Origin: a virus
Length of the DNA: 64,000 nucleotides
Direction: 5' to 3' (one strand)
IMG/VR virus record: IMGVR_UViG_3300024255_000001
Made by a program: the position numbers and the translations under genes. Under the pieces are notes generated by a model that saw only the letters and a program-made list of their open reading frames with translations, ran no database searches and was not told the origin of the DNA. How positions within the stretch are numbered: position 1 is the stretch's first letter; every line of letters starts with the position of its first letter. Positions 63,912 to 64,000 of the stretch are shown here, piece after piece.

Positions 63912-64000
63912 TTACACGTCGTTTGATGATGCATCATAAACAATATCAATATCATCATCAATTTCTAGTTCGTAACCTGCAATCGATCCCATCCAATATA
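63912..64000 (-). CDS. C-terminal end of a virion protein entering from outside the window
   Basis: ...YWMGSIAGYELEIDDDIDIVYDASSNDV*, resembling the C-terminus of 62268-63722. Confidence 0.5.
   Translation of the reverse strand, partial: YWMGSIAGYELEIDDDIDIVYDASSNDV

Noticed and set aside
1-64000. Stop-codon reassignment as in some Bacteroidota jumbo phages
   Set aside because: Code 11 gives dense full-length genes; TAG and TGA end genes at sensible positions

Overview
AT-rich segment of a large T4-like (myovirus/jumbo) bacteriophage genome in the standard genetic code. The host is most likely Bacteroidota (Flavobacteriia-like), judged from the bS1/bS21 sequences, a TAnnTTAG promoter element and the absence of Shine-Dalgarno sites. 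Almost all genes are on the minus strand. Left to right: (1) baseplate/neck module (1-16 kb) interrupted by an amidoligase, a ribosomal protein S1 homologue and a two-gene plus-strand early island; (2) DinG helicase, dCMP deaminase and a family of putative internal head proteins sharing an MKHIK..(N)E leader, including an apparent polyprotein; (3) two BACON-like, Thr-stalked virion proteins, one ending in a Hint domain; (4) accessory genes (UvsE, PvuII-like nuclease, PNK phosphatase, NT5C, RNase HII, GNA1-like acetyltransferase, PhoH); (5) a bS21 + three UVR-motif proteins + DnaJ + Hsp20 cluster with a candidate small RNA; (6) the most striking part, 43-63.7 kb: a fibre-modification locus in which a fused COLGALT-like GT25 / PLOD-like lysyl hydroxylase, a second 2OG-Fe(II) hydroxylase, sulfotransferase fusions and further glycosyltransferases flank two length-matched collagen fibres, a (Gly-Ser/Thr-Ser)n fibre and a coiled-coil fibre. 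Three promoter classes can be read from intergenic DNA (putative early, middle and late). All family assignments are by motif recognition by eye; no database search was run.
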